A stretch of DNA of 64,000 nt from Glaucostegus cemiculus (taxonomy: Eukaryota): contig CDPCPM010000017.1 in NCBI GenBank assembly GCA_976551045.1, positions 4,154,001 to 4,218,000 on the forward strand. Direction: 5' to 3'. Position numbers and translations under genes: made by a program. The notes beneath the pieces were generated by a model. It was not told the origin of the DNA. It did no database searches and was given only the letters and a program-made list of their open reading frames with translations. This document shows, piece after piece, positions 49,756 through 63,460 of the stretch (position 1 is the stretch's first letter; each line of letters opens with the position of its first letter).

Positions 49756-52109
49756 GTTCTTCATCTGATTAAGTGTTTCAGATCCAGTTAATACCTTTAA
49801 GCTTGGTTGCACATTTATGGAGGGAAAAAGCCCTGTAAACAAACTCAGAACATCACTGTCCTTTGCAACTATCATTTCATGGAACATCTCACAAAGTTTT
49901 TCACTGGATTTTCTGTGGATATTGTTCTGATCACTTTCTATGCAAGAACATTGTTTCATTTGCTTGTTTGACTTCTAACACGGGCCAGCATTTTGGATAC
50001 CTGCAAGATTTCCAGATCTCTGTTGGTGAAGGCAACTCACCATCTGCAATGCTGAAACATTGTTCTAAAGGCTGACTTTCCTCAAGTCTACCAGCTGCCT
50101 GAACAAGTTCAGCAATGTTTAAACGACTTCTGTAGACGCTTTCAGTCTTTGGATGTCCTTAGTATGACAGCTGATGCCCGACTGAACTTTCACCAATGGG
50201 CAAAGCTACTGAAGCTTCCTGATCACAATGCTGAAAAAAAAATTGGGCATTCAAAAAGAATGGAAAGAAAGTCAGGGCTAATTATAAAAGCTGCTCCCTC
50301 CAGTAAATGGTGCAAACCTGTACAGCACTCACTCACTACTGGTGTCTGGCAAAGGTAAAATAAGCAACTGTATCAGGAAATCAGGAAATACTATGACAAG
50401 TTTATCCCTGACATTCCAAGCAAACTTCAAAAAGTTAAAGTGGCTCACCACAATCTCAGCTCACTAGGAGCATAGCTGGAGATGCTATCTTCTTTCAAGA
50501 ACTTGCAATTCCAGTTTAATGGAAGTAATCATTCAATATTATATTCTCGAGCAACAAACAGACAGCTGGAGGGACTCAGTGGGTTGAGGAGCATCTGTGA
50601 GGGGAAAAGAATTGCCGACGTTTTCCCCAGCAGATTGTTTATTGCTCCAGATTACAGCAGCTGCAGTCTCTTGTGTCTCAATATTATATTCTTGCTGGGG
50701 CAGACAAATTGCGCAGAGCAAAATTAGCAAAAGCATTTGAGAGCACCTGCACTCACTTCAGCACAGAATGATGCAGCTCAGAGGAAAACTTGGTCATCCC
50801 ATTGCTGATTTAACTATCGCTCACCTGAATACATCAACTTCCACCGCAAAATAAGGCCCGTGCCTTACATTTCTGGTGACTATATTTAGTTGTCCCTGTT
50901 AACACAGCTTGCTCAATTGTATAATGTAAAGATTATCTTCATACAGTTGCTTTTGTCTGCACCAATCCATAGACTTCCTGTTTTGCAGTGTGCCAGTTTC
51001 TTTGCCCTGGTTTCTTACCTTGTCGTCAGCCTTCAGAAAATAGGCCATAGATTGTTTAGCTGTTCCTGGTTCTGCAAATGATGAAGAATACTGTCTCTGC
51101 AAGAGATCACATAAAGATTACAGGAGGTGATAACCTTGCACACTGCAAATAGCTTCTACAGCACCCGTCAAAATGCAAAGTTGTTTTAAAAATCAAGCTC
51201 AGTTGTACTGATTTACAGTGTTGTAATACAACTTCAGCATATAGGAATGATAAAAGGCTATTTACTTGAGGAAATGTGAAAATGAAAAGTTAACAATTCA
51301 TTCCCCCAGTTGACAATTCTGTACAAAAAGGGGTGTTACCTCAGAATTATTTCTAGTGGACAGAAAGCAAAAATTAGAGAAACATTTCATTTAGACTTAA
51401 TAATGCGTGACTCTTCCCCACAATAAATATTAAAGCAGAGACTGCAGCACTATTTTTTTAAGAAAAGGAAGACTAGAACTGGAAAAGGAAAGGGGTCAGA
51501 GAAGAAAAGATCTACTTTACTGTTCCTTAGCCTGTGTGATCTACCTTTTCCTTCTATGCAGAAGTCAGGAGAAGGTAGATGGTACCCTCTGATAGACATT
51601 ACCATGGATTTCCCCCAACTCCAAATACGTTAATAGTTTGGTTCCACAAAGGAGCAGTGCACTTTAGATATACCAAACACATTCGCCACTTCAGAGGGCA
51701 GTTAAGAGACAACCACACCTGGTGGGAACTACGGAGGAATTAGTGTGTGCAATGATCTGTGACTGAAACTGGCACCATTGCAGGCTTTCAGAGAGTCATC
51801 TACAGTGGAGATCTTATGACAGGAGTTAAACCCAATGTTGCCCAGACTGGGGTTATTAAATCCCTCATCCCAATGTAGATGAATTTCACTTTTCCAGATT
51901 CAATCTGCTGAATGATTGGATTGAGACAGCACTGATTTATGGCTTAAGCCAGCTCACGGTTTCCTTATTGCTTGCTCCCAAGCAGACACCCAGCCATAAT
52001 GAGACACTGTCCACAGTTGTGTATGATGATTGAACTATCAACAAAATTGCTGTCATTCAGTGACATCTTAGCAAGCTAACACGGCAGACGGAAGGTGAGA
52101 CTGTGTGCA

Positions 52110-52875
52110 GTATTATGTCAGAGGGACTCCCTCTTGAGTTCCTCACTATCATAGAAGCCAGTCTTCAACCAGTTTGGTTCACTTCATGTGAGAGAGGAGA
52201 AATGGCTGAGAGCACTGAATACAGCAAAGCTCCATGGAACCAAACAACATCCCAGCTATTATAGAGAAGATTCAGCTCCATATCTATTCCTGCCTCTAGC
52301 CAAGCAGTTCCAGTAGAGTTAAGACATCTACCTAACAAAATGAAATATTATCCACGCTGAGAGCATCAAATAAAACAAAGGCAAATAGACAAGGCAGAAC
52401 AGCAGCTGTAGTACAGTAGACCTGCACCAAGAACTAGCTGTAGCTCTAGACAAGCCATTCCAGGAGAGTTACAACAATGGCATCTTCCTGATGACGTGGA
52501 AATTTGCCCAGGTATGCCAATAGCCACAAAAAGCAGGACAAATCCAGCGCAAGCCATCTCAAACATCAACAAAGTAATTGAAGGCATCATCAACTGTGCT
52601 ATCAAGTGGTATTTACTCATCAACTCCCAATTTGGGTTTTACCAGGAGTACTGAGCTCAAAACCTCATCACAACCTTGGTCCGTGGACCAAAGAATTAAA
52701 TTCTAGGAGTGAGGTGCGAGTGTCTATCTTTGACCTCAAGATGGTATTTCCTGAATGTGGTTTGTACTGATGTCAATAGCATGCAGGGGAAAACACTAAT
52801 AGTTGGATTCTTACATCAGATTTGAAGAAGATTGTTATTGTTGGAGATCAACCGTCCCAACCCTAGGGCATCACT
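52110..52875 (+). mobile_element. CR1-group LINE fragment, same family as 36975-38275
   Basis: Shares aaaagcaggacaaatccagc, tttgggttttaccagg, acctcatcacaaccttggtcc and tttgacctcaagatggtattt with the 37-kb element. Confidence 0.7.
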
Positions 52876-53049
52876 GAAACTCACCACTGGAAAATGATTG
52901 GGCTCCATTTCATTGTTTCTTGGACACAGGAGCTAACTTTTAATGGCTAACACTGTTGGGTCCATAGTAAAATAACTCACATTCGCTTGTTGGAAAAGAA
53001 TAGGGAGACACTAAGGAGCTGGAAAACCGCATCTTTCTGCTCTAGGTTG

Positions 53050-53200
53050 TTTATTCATGTTTCAGAATCTAGCCAGCATTTATTACCCATCCTTAATTGC
53101 CTTCGAGAAGGTGATGATGAGCTGCCACCTTGAACTTCTGCAGTGCTTCTAGTAAAGATGCTCCCACATACTGTTGGGTAGGGAGTTCCAAGGTTTAGAA
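53050..53200 (-). mobile_element. 3' tail of the same CR1-group LINE family
   Basis: ccagcatttattacccatccttaattgccttcgagaaggtgatgatgagctgcc...gggagttccaagg is reverse-complement similar to about 38130-38270. Confidence 0.7.
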
Positions 53201-53765
53201 TCATAGTCATAGGGTTGTACCGCACAGAGAGGGGTGCTTCAGCACAACCGGTCCATCCTGACTGTGATGCCGATCTAGGCTAATCAGTTCGCCCACATCT
53301 CTCAGCTCCTCTACTGTCCAGGAATCTGTCCAAATGCCTTTCACACATTCTAATTCCATCTGCCACTTCCTCCGGCAGCTCATTCCATAACCAGCACCCT
53401 CTGTATGGAAAAACTTGCCCTCAGATCTCCTTTACATCTTTCCCTTCTCACCTTAAACCTATAGCCTCCAGCTTTAGAATTGTCTATTGTAGGAAAACGA
53501 TTGACTTATCTATGCCCCTGATAATTTTATAAACTTCAATAAAATCATGCCTCAGTCTCCTACATTCCAGTGAGAACACACTCACTCTATCCAATCTCTC
53601 CTTCTAAGTAAAGCTCTCGATTCCAGGCAACACTCCGGTGAATCTCTTCTGCACTCTCTCTCTATTGCTACCACATCCTTCCTGTGGTGTGGTGACCAGA
53701 ACTGTACACAGTACTCCAAGTGCAGCCTGGGCAACGTGTTGTACAGTTGCAATATGACATCAAGC
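53200..53765 (-). mobile_element. CR1 LINE 3' fragment
   Basis: Peptide DVILQLYNTLPRLHLEYCVQFWSPHHRKDVVAIER; tail gaatcatagtcatag. Confidence 0.9.
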
Positions 53766-54769
53766 CCCAAAGCCTGCTGTATGAAATCAGCACACAAGAG
53801 CCAATTGCAACACAATTCCAGTGGACAGGGACATCTGACAGAAGCATAGCTGGTGCACAATCCACGGCCATTACTTTTACACCTATCAGTGTTGGAAATG
53901 ACTCCCCTGACCCTTGTCTTATTCCAGCCTTTGTTCAGTAGCGGGACAGCAGGAGAGCTTTAAAATTTTTTAATCAGGAAATCCTGCCTTGGTCCTAAGC
54001 TGAGAAAAGTAAATCACCTAATCTCTTATTATCTGGAGAGAGCAGTTGTCTGCTTGTGACAGCACCTGAGACTCTGTCATTCCAATACAACAGCAGGAGC
54101 AGCCTTCACTACAAGTATGTTCCCAAATTGTTTCCTTAATTCTTCAAAAATACTGAATAGTGAAAAAAACATCGCAGTCAAGATTTTATTTCCAGTTTCT
54201 GTTTGGTTATCTGTCCTTTTACTATTCTGCTGCTTTCAGTAATTCCTGAGCCTCCTCGTTCTCACTAATCTCCAGATTTCCTATAATTCCACTATTTATC
54301 ATTTTATTCATTTAATCCTTCACCATGATGTTAAATTCTATCATTGTTATAACCAGAATGATTCTCTAATAACATAAAAATGAGTTCACTGCTCTGTACG
54401 ACTGGGAGAAACACGAAGCAAGAACTAAGATTCCTCTGTTGGCTATTTCAATGCAACCAGTAATCTGCTTAATTTAAATGTACCAATGCTGCAATAGTGG
54501 GGCAGGATTGACTGGCCCACGTACAGCCAGTCACAGCCATAACTGCCTGGACTGTCCTCCATTTTACGGGGTCCTCACCCATTGGCAATCCACTGGCTTT
54601 GCAACCAGCCTCTTGCTAATGAAGCTGGCACCTCCCCACACCGCTGGCAGCTCGGTCTCCACCGAGAACATTTTCTCATAGATGTGGGTCGCTGTGGCGG
54701 GTGGATTCTGACCAAATGAAACCCTCGAGAGAAGCAGGAGATCCGCTTCCTGTCTGGCATCAGGAGACG

Positions 54770-55175
54770 GGAGGGGTAGGAGTGAGTAGAGGGGCAGGTG
54801 GTCATGAGGTCTGGCGGGGGATTGGCGGTGTTGAACGGTGGAGGCGCGGGTGGGATGTTGCTGGTAGGTGCATCATGGGTAGAGGTCAGGGAGATAAAGG
54901 CAGATGGGGATGTGTGGGGAGAGCACTGAGGGGTCATGGGGTTGTGTGGGGGAGGTGGGGATGGTTAGGAGTTGTAGTGAGGGGAAAGTTGATGACATAC
55001 AGAGGTTGATGCAGGCTGGTGGGGTGGCACGAGTGGAAGAAGGTGGGTGGGGGGAGGGTTGGTAGATCAGTGGGGGGGGCATGGAGAGTGGTGGGAGAGG
55101 CAGTGGCTGGGCAAGGGGTGTTGTGTATCTGTGTGAGGGTGGAGGTGGTGAGAGGTAGGGAGACGGGATGTGTGC
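54770..55175. repeat. G-rich low-complexity tract
   Basis: Dense GGG/GGGG runs on +; no regular period seen. Confidence 0.7.
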
Positions 55176-55285
55176 TAGTCACCACAAAATGAGAAAAATG
55201 GCTTTTGGAATTAATTTGCCTAATTTTGACAGAAAAAAATTGGCAAATGAGTTGGCTTTAATGATGTTTTTCTTGTAAGGAGCCA

Positions 55286-55555
55286 GTGGCTACAGAACTT
55301 GTCTCTTGGTCTGGCATTGGCGAGGAAATGGAAGATCTAGTTAGCAGCCTCAAGTACTTACAAGACCATCCTAAGGGTTCCACGCTGACTATTGTACAAA
55401 AGAAATGGGTAACTTTTGAGCATCCACTGACAACCTTTTGAAGTGATTAGAAGTACATCATGAGGAGTCATATACTGCCACAGAATGCATGATGAAGGAG
55501 TTTACAGCTATCTTTGGTACAACTGGACTTGCTGAAGAAGTTGTATTAGATGGAG
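55286..55555 (+). mobile_element. Gypsy/Ty3 LTR-retrotransposon integrase relic
   Basis: Manual translation gives VATELVSWSGIGEEMEDLVSS, then after a frameshift HADYCTKE...TDNLLK*LEV...SYTATE...IFGTTGLAEEVVLDG. This resembles the integrase pattern WWPGIDxDIExxV...HIDF...VDxxSKWLEV...IFAxxGLPEExVSDNG. Confidence 0.65.
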
Positions 55556-56069
55556 TAAAAGGAGCCCCGTGAGTTTAAAAGGAGCCCAATAAACAGAGGA
55601 CTGTGGGTAAAAAGAGCACAGGAAAGAGAGAATCAGTGAGTTGAGTATAAGATTAGTGAGAAAATAAGGACATGTAAGTTTAAAAGAAATGAAAGAAACA
55701 GAGGGCCAGTGAATTAAAAGAATCAAGGGAAGCAATAGCCCTGGGTGTAAAAGGAGTCAGAAAGCAGAGACTTAGAGAGTTTAAAAATACAGGGTTCCTT
55801 CAGGATAAGTTAACAGTAAGTAATGTAATAATATGACATTATAAGTACTGCATATTCATTGTTTTAGTTGAATTAATCTATACAGACGTATAGGGAAATT
55901 CAGATGCATGGAACACATATCCTGAACCACATGGAATCTCAGGATGCTTCCAGATTGAGGTCTGAGTTTTGAAGCTGAGCAGCAGCTGTCACTGTGGTCC
56001 ATCAGTGACACCGAGCGTTTGATGAGGAGCATGTTTCAGGTGATGGCCACCCACAGTTTATCAAGCAAA

Positions 56070-57910
56070 ACTGGAACTGAATTACGGGAGTGGATGTAGT
56101 TCAGCTGTATTTTGGGTACGTTCCCGTGAGGGTGAAGAGTAGGGACATTAAAACCTGAGTTCCATGGCTTTCCAAAAAGGTAGAGAGTAAAATAGAGCTG
56201 GAAAAAATGAGCATATTGAAGACATCAGGTTGCAACACAAGGGAGGCCAGGTTGGCTATGGAAAGTTCAGAGGGGTGGTTAAAAAAGGAAATAAGAGGGA
56301 ACATAAAAGAAACCTGGAACAAGCATAAAAGAGAATCCAAAAATAGCTTGTATGAGGAGGAAAAGAGAAATAATTTGGGAGGTGAAGCTGACCAGACACA
56401 AAAATGAACTATAAAGGGGAATGGCTGGGGTACTAAAGAAGTACTTTGCATCACTCTTCAGTAAGAATGAAGATGATGCTGGAATCTCCAAAGGGATGTA
56501 ATTAAGATTCTAAAATTTGAGGAGAATTATTAGCTGGAAAGACCACGTGCATAAAGGTGATGGATCAACTGGAATAGATGGGCTGCTCAGGGAAGTCAGA
56601 GAGGAAACTGCAGTGGTTTGGATTCACCGTGGTGTCCAAGGATTGGAAAATTGCAAATGTTACACTCTTGTTCAAAACAGAGCATAAAGATAAACACAGG
56701 AACGTCAGACCAGTCAGTTTAGTCTCAGAGGCAGAGAAATTTGTAGAAACAGTCAGCAAGGACAGAATTAGCAGTCACTTGGACACGTGTAGATTGATTC
56801 AAGAAAGCCACCATGAATTTGTCAAGGACAAATTGTGTAGAACTAATGTGATAGAAAATTTTGCAGAAGTCACAGAGAATTGATAACAGAAATGTGTTTG
56901 ATACAATATAGATGGACTTCTAAAAGAAGGCATTTGGTAAGGTGCCACAGAATAGGCTCGCCATCAAGTCTGAGGGCCATGGAATAAAAGGAGCTGCATC
57001 ACCATGGATAGAAACTTGGCGAGGTAAAGGGAAACAAAGAGTGACAGTGAGAGGTTTTTGTTTGCACTGGAAGGAAATGTACAGTGGAGTTTTCCCAGGA
57101 GTTCATAGCAGAACCACTGCCTCCCTTAACATATATTAATGATTTGGATTTGGGTATACAGGCTACAGTCTCCAAATACATAAAAGGGTCAAAACTTAGA
57201 GCCACAGTTCACTGTAAAAAGAATAGTAATGTTCTGAAAACAGAAAGAGAATGGTGGAATGCAAGAAGAGTAGGCAAGTGAAATTTAATGCCGAGAAATG
57301 TGAAGTGTTATATTTTGATAGGAATAATGAGAAGAAGTAACATAAACCAGGGGGTATAATACTAAAAGGGATAGAAGAGCAGAGGGGTCTGGGGGCGTAA
57401 GTGCACAATTCATTGGAGGTGACAAGTCAGGTAGAGAAAGCCTTTTCATAAAACATATGGGATCCTGGGTTATCCCAGAGTATAAGATCAAGGAAATTGT
57501 GAGGAATCTTTGTAAACTCTTGTTCAGCCACATCTGAAGTATTGTGTCTAGTTCTTGGCACCACACTTCAGGAAAGATGTAAGGCTTTAGAGAGAGTGCA
57601 GAAGAGGTTTACTAAAATGGATCCAGGAATGAAGTACTGTAATGTGAATGGACTGGAGAAGGAGGCTGGAACAAGGAGGTTGTGAGAAAAGCAATCAGGA
57701 ATGTTTTAAGTTCTGACGTGCATAGACGGAGTAGATAAAGAAAAACTGTCCCCATTGGCAAAGAGGTCAAGAACTAGGGAATAAAGATTAAAGTTGCTTG
57801 GCAACAGGACCAAAAGTGGCATGAGAAAAATAATTTTTACACAGTGAGTGCTCTGTGTCTGGAATGCACTGCCAGATTCAATCGTAGTGTTCAGAATGGA
57901 GTTGGCTAAG
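56070..57910 (+). mobile_element. Decayed CR1 LINE ORF2 (RT)
   Basis: VSKDWKIANVTLLFK...NVRPVSLVS...IQESHHEFVKDKLCRTN; atggacttctaaaagaaggcatttggtaaggtgcc (MDF-KAF-KVP); YINDLDLG; VSSSWHHTSG-type CVQFW region; WNALP. Confidence 0.9.
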
Positions 57911-59309
57911 AATGTGTAGTAGTACCAACTTGATTGGCCTAACAGAGATGATACAGACTCACAAACAATAATTTCTTTCACCTTCACGTAAGATATTTCT
58001 TCAAAAGAATTTTCCCAATCATAGTAACAACAACTCAACATTTTTTCACATTGTTCCTACAAATTAGGCTATGACCTACTGTAGGTAGTATACTTTTCAC
58101 TGTACTATTGTGTGTTGAGGTGGATCAATTCTAAACAATAATGTGCAAAAGATGCTTATCTGGGAATTCTCTGCCATGTGGTTTATTCACTTTGCTGAAA
58201 TCATTATATTTGTTTCTGCAGGAAGAAAGTGTGCATGCTGGAAAGTGGGTGGACACCAGGTTTTCTCCTTCCTCAAGGAATCACTGTACCCTAATCCCAG
58301 GCACTTTTATAGAGGTTTAGTCACTCGGTAGCTTGCTGTCCTGCTGTTGATCACCTGAGTGTTATATCTGACTGCTTTATCTATTGCATTTTCACACTCC
58401 AGATCCATGGAATGTTTTACTAGAATAAAAATGTATAAATGTAAGTTTTATCACTGAGTGCATTTTAACTTATGGGCCTGGAGTGTGAAAATGCAATGGA
58501 TAAAGCAGTCAAGTACAAAACACAGATCATGGACAACAACAGGTACACAAAGGATTGAGATGTTCGCACAAGGTTGCAGAATGTGGCCTAATTCCTTTAC
58601 GCGGCTGGGGAAGAGATGTGCAGAGAGGGAAGGTAAATACACAGGACTGTACTGAAATGTTACAGGGGATGGGGAAGAGACTGGGAAGATTTGAAATGTG
58701 AACAGCTCCCTTAGAGTAAGCTGTTCTGAATCAATATCTGCCAAATAACTCTTACAATTGCCAAAGTGTTTGTGCTACCACGCCCTCTGATTCCTCAGGT
58801 GGCTCAGCATCATCCTTCAGCTGATTCTCAGAGGGCCTTTACTGCAGCTGCTCCCCTTAATACCTCTGTCAATTGCCCAGTCGTTGAGAATGCACTGTGC
58901 CAAGAATATCTTGGAGATGTTATCAGGGTTGTGCTGAGGAGTAACCCTGCCTGTCACGACTTAAGGACTGATGAAACAGTATGTCTTTGGTACACTCAGA
59001 GGGGAGCCCACAAAGGAATGCAATCATCAACTCTGTTCTCTGCTGGTGCTCAGGTCAGGAGCTGAGGCAGCAGCACAATTGCATGTCCCAGCAGTGAATT
59101 TTCCACATGCTGCACATTGTGCAAATTTACAGTGCAAAATGAATGCATCATGACTGGAAAATCAGGACTACACTTATGTATCACAGTATCCTCTTATGCA
59201 TGTTGAATTAAAGTGCACTCAATAAAAGCAACTTACACTTATACATCTTTATTCCAGTAAAACTTTACAAGCTTCACAGGAATACTACCAAATAAATTAT
59301 GACACTTAG

Positions 59310-59630
59310 ACACATGTTGAGATATTAGGATACATGACCAAAAGCTTTGGCGAGTCCTGAGGAGAGAGCTGGAGAGGTGTAAAGAGGGAATTACAGAGCT
59401 TAGGGCCTCAGAAGCTGGAAACACAGCTATCACTAAACTCAGTGCTGCACAAGAGACCAGATTAGAGGAGTAGAGAGATCTTGGTGGATTGTAGGACAGA
59501 GTTTACAGAGGTTGGTAGCAGTGAAGCCACAATGCCTACAAAAACAGGGAAGAGGAGTCTTCAAATCTAAGCACTGGTAAACTTCAAGGAAATGTGAATC
59601 AATGAATGCAAAGGTGATGTGTGAACACAG
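59310..59630 (-). mobile_element. L2 LINE 3' fragment
   Basis: gagatattaggatacatgaccaaaagctttgg...gagggaattacagagcttagggcc...agctggaaacacagc resembles 7550-7700. Confidence 0.65.
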
Positions 59631-61577
59631 CATTGAGAGTGAAGAGGAGCTCTGGCATATCAAAATATTTGTGGGCCATCAATGTCTCCCTGGGTTTCTC
59701 ATATTATTATGTTCTCCTCATCGCTATTTCCTGACTTGCTATTACATTGAAACTGATGAACTGAAGTAAAAAAAAAAAATCATCTTCATTACTAACCACA
59801 GAAGTCTGCCCTGGATTTTGGGTGTGGATTTTCCAGAAGAATAATCCACAATCGTCCCACTATTTTTTTGATTCTGAGTCTCTAAAGACATTGCTCCTCA
59901 GTCTGCTCTAGGTAGTTTCTCTTGTGCCCATTTAATTCATTGTCAGAATAACGGGAAGTACCTAACCAACTTCTTGAGTGGCACCTCTCTTTTATAACAG
60001 CCAAACATTCAACATCAACCACCTCTGTTCCTTCACGTAACCAAAGCACACAAGTTCTCTCCAAGGAGAAACCCAATTTGCAAAGGGAAATGGTGACAAA
60101 GGAGAGGAAAAAAAAAGTCTTTCAAATCTTTGCACATTGGTCCCACAGTGCAGCCAATATAAATACTACCTTTCAATAACATGCACACAAATTGCTGCCT
60201 CCCTCCTAAGCTTTGCATCCCAGGTACAGCTTAGCAACTGCCAACCACTGAGTTTTCTTACCATTTCCTTGCATCCCTAATGAGTGATGTGAACAAATGA
60301 AAATAGCAGAGGAGGGACTGCAGCCTCTCTGTCATTGTAATGAATTGTCTGCACCTTTTACTGGCATGCCCACCCTAAACCCATCTGACCTGGTCCTGGA
60401 AACACACATCATCTGTAAACAGATGCTAGCCTGGCATAGCATGACTCCACCCCTTTGTTCTGGTCTGGTTGCCCTGGAAACAGAAACTAATGAGTCATCC
60501 TAATGAGAAAGATCAGCACCAAGGAGTTTAATTTCAGCCACAGCTCAGAAATAGATCAGTGTTTGAGCAGAAGCCAATTCATAAGTTGCAATGCTGATTC
60601 AAACCAGTTTTCATACTATGGGCTTGAGGAAAGGCACTGGACTACATTTGAATCAACATGGACCAGCATGGTTTGTGCACTAAGATATTGGAAAGTCTTG
60701 TGTACCTGAAGCTCCAATTTTAACCCCAAGGGATTCTGGGTGGATAGTGAGGTGGGTTAGGAGTCATTTAACATCCAACAAATGTTTTCCTGTTTGTTTC
60801 ATATGGAACACAACAATAAAAGTCACAGGACTTAGGTGACCCAGTCTATACAAAGAGCTGAAGAGTCGGTTTCAAGGGGCCATCTTGTCGGCAGGTGCAA
60901 AGTTGAGTGTGTGCGGGGAAGGGCACAGACTCCAGTAGATTAGGTTTTCATCTTCAGTGCAGGATAGTGATGGCTAGAGTGGGCTTCTTGCCCTTTCTAG
61001 GCTTGTTCAGTTTTCATCGTGTTAAAAGGCTTTGCAATATTCCAGACAAGGTAGATAAAAATGCTTCCAAGGCAACAGCTTGTCATTCAAACAAAATGCC
61101 CTTAACTGTCGTTGGGCAACTCCATGTAATAAATGGCGGTTTCACACAGAGTAACCGTATTTTCAAAGTGATAAAGTGAGCCACACGGCTGTGGACAGTA
61201 GGAGGCCTGTTCCATGGGTGGGGACTTCCTCTGGTCTGCAACATTACCAGGGAGTGAGCCAGCACTCAGCTGCAAGTTCTAACTACTAATTTATTGTTAT
61301 AAATAAGTAACTTTCTCAGACTCAACTGGCAACGTTTAAAGCTCATGTTCTATCTGGTTTAAATTCAGTCTTCAAAAATAATCAGAAGAGAGAAAATTTC
61401 AACCTGTAATCTTACTATTTCTCTACTCTATAGAATCTTCTCAGACATAAGGGACATTGATCTGAATGGTTATGTCACAAGATGTTACAGAACAAATACA
61501 TCTCTTAATTCATTACATGACACAACATGCATCTATACTAAGTATTCACAGCTGACTTCATAGTTACACTTTTATTC

Positions 61578-61752
61578 ACCTGAGAGACTGGTGGAAGTGG
61601 GTACTCTCATAACATTTAACAAATATTTAGATGAGCATTTGAGGGGGTTTGGACAAAGTGCTGGTAAATGGGATTAGTGTAGACGAGTAACCGATGCTTG
61701 GCCATGGGGCACAGTGGGCTGAGGTGCCTATTTCTTTGCTGTATGATTCTAT
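61578..61752 (+). mobile_element. CR1 LINE 3' tail
   Basis: cctgagagactggtggaag...aacatttaacaaatatttagatgagcatttga...gtgggctgaggtgcctatttctttgctgtatgattcta. Confidence 0.75.
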
Positions 61753-61979
61753 AACTCAATACACCAAGAACTTGGAAACACACATAATGTAGTCCAGTAA
61801 ACGCTGCCTCTTATTGGGTGCAAGTATCTTGAAAAGATCCTGCTCCTTTCTCTGTCTGAGTGAACTGTACTCACTTGGCTGGGAAAGATACAGCAGAAAT
61901 CATTTGCTTCATTGAGATGCTGGTGATGAGCAGGCCCTACCAGAAAGATTTCTGCTGGCCAGGCACTGGTATTGGAGAA

Positions 61980-63005
61980 AATGTCCATGGTATTGGAGGA
62001 AGTGTGTTAGAATGGCCTGAAAATGGGCTGTCTCATAGAAAACAGAGAGTTGGAATAGCTGGGTGGAGGGAGGTAACCAGTGGAGTAGCAGAGGGATCAG
62101 CTCTCGGCCCGTAATTGCTCACCGCAGTATGATAGGTTTCCAAATTCGCCAATGATACAAAACTAGATGGGAGGATGTGTTGTGATAAGGAGACTGTGAT
62201 TCTGCAGTGGGGTAAAGATAGATTTGAGTGAGTGGGCAAAAGACTGGAGAATGGAGTTTAAAGCAGGGAAGTGTGAGGTAACAGAGAGCAAAAGGCATTA
62301 TTTAAATGGAGAGAGACTGTAAGTGAGTGAAATACAGAGGAATCCAGACCTGCTAGTGCATGAATCATAAAAAAGCTAGCAGGCAGGTCCAACAAGTAGT
62401 TAGGAAGGCAAATGACATTTAGGCCTTCATTACAATGGAGTTGGAGTTTAAAAGTAGGGAGGTTTTGTTGCAGCTGTCTAGGAGGTTGGTGAGGCCACAC
62501 CCGGAATACGGTGCACAATTTTGGTCTCCTTCCCTAAAAAGAGATAAAGTAACATTGGAGGCAGTACAAAGGAGATCCACTAAGCTAATTCCAGGGATGA
62601 GGGGACTGTGTGACTAAGAGAGACTGAATAGTTTTGGCCTGTATTCCTTGGAGTATAGAAGAATGAGGGGTGATCTTATTCAAACATATCACATCCTAAG
62701 GGGGCTTGACAGGGTAGATATTTGGATGTTTTCACTCATGGAAGAGTCTTGAACAAGGAGGCATAACTACCAGGTAAGGGGCCGGATATTTAAAACTGAG
62801 GTACACAGAAATTTTTTGCAGAAGTCTCTGCCCCGGTGGGTGGTGGAAGCTGGATGATTCTAGGTATTTAAAGTGGATGTGGTTAAATATTTGATAGATC
62901 AAGGAATAGAGGGGAATGGAGAAATGAAAGAGAGGCTGGCATCGATCAGCTATGTTCATATTAAATCGTGAGGCAGGCTTGAAGGCCCAGATGGCCTATT
63001 GCCTC
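61980..63005 (+). mobile_element. CR1 LINE, RT to 3' end
   Basis: WREVTSGVAEGSALGP; SKFANDTKL; FKSREVLLQLSRRLVRPHPEYGAQFWSPSLKRDKVTLEAVQRRSTKLIPGMRGL; tail aggcttgaaggcccagatggccta. Confidence 0.92.
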
Positions 63006-63139
63006 CAGAGATTTTCTCCTGCTCCCAAATCACACTGCCTCTGACCCTCCCCTTCCAGATCCCGAGCCTTCAGGTCTTTGCTGTCAGCTTTTGTTTTCCC
63101 ACTGTGGTCAGAGGGATGGGCTTCATCACCCTGCTTCTA

Positions 63140-63460
63140 TCGGGACCTGGCCCTGGCCATTCCCCCACTGACACCTAATTCTCCAGTTCACCCTGCTGCC
63201 AGGACACCACCCCATCTACTCCTAACACTGCCAGGACCTACGCCGCCTGCACCCACCCTTGTGGAAACCCGTTCCCCACCCTCCCATCGCCCTAACTGCT
63301 GGAACCCTGCCCCCTCTCCTCCCACTGCCAGGACTCACATGCTTTGCATCCCCCACGGCTGGAACTCCACACCCTGTCCCCACTGCCCCTCGCAGGGAAC
63401 CTCACCCCCTGCCCCTCACAGAGATGGAAACCACAATCCACTCTCCCCAGTGCTGTCCTT
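63140..63460. repeat. C-rich degenerate repeat tract
   Basis: Recurrent cccactgcc(a)gga(a)c-like units. Confidence 0.6.
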
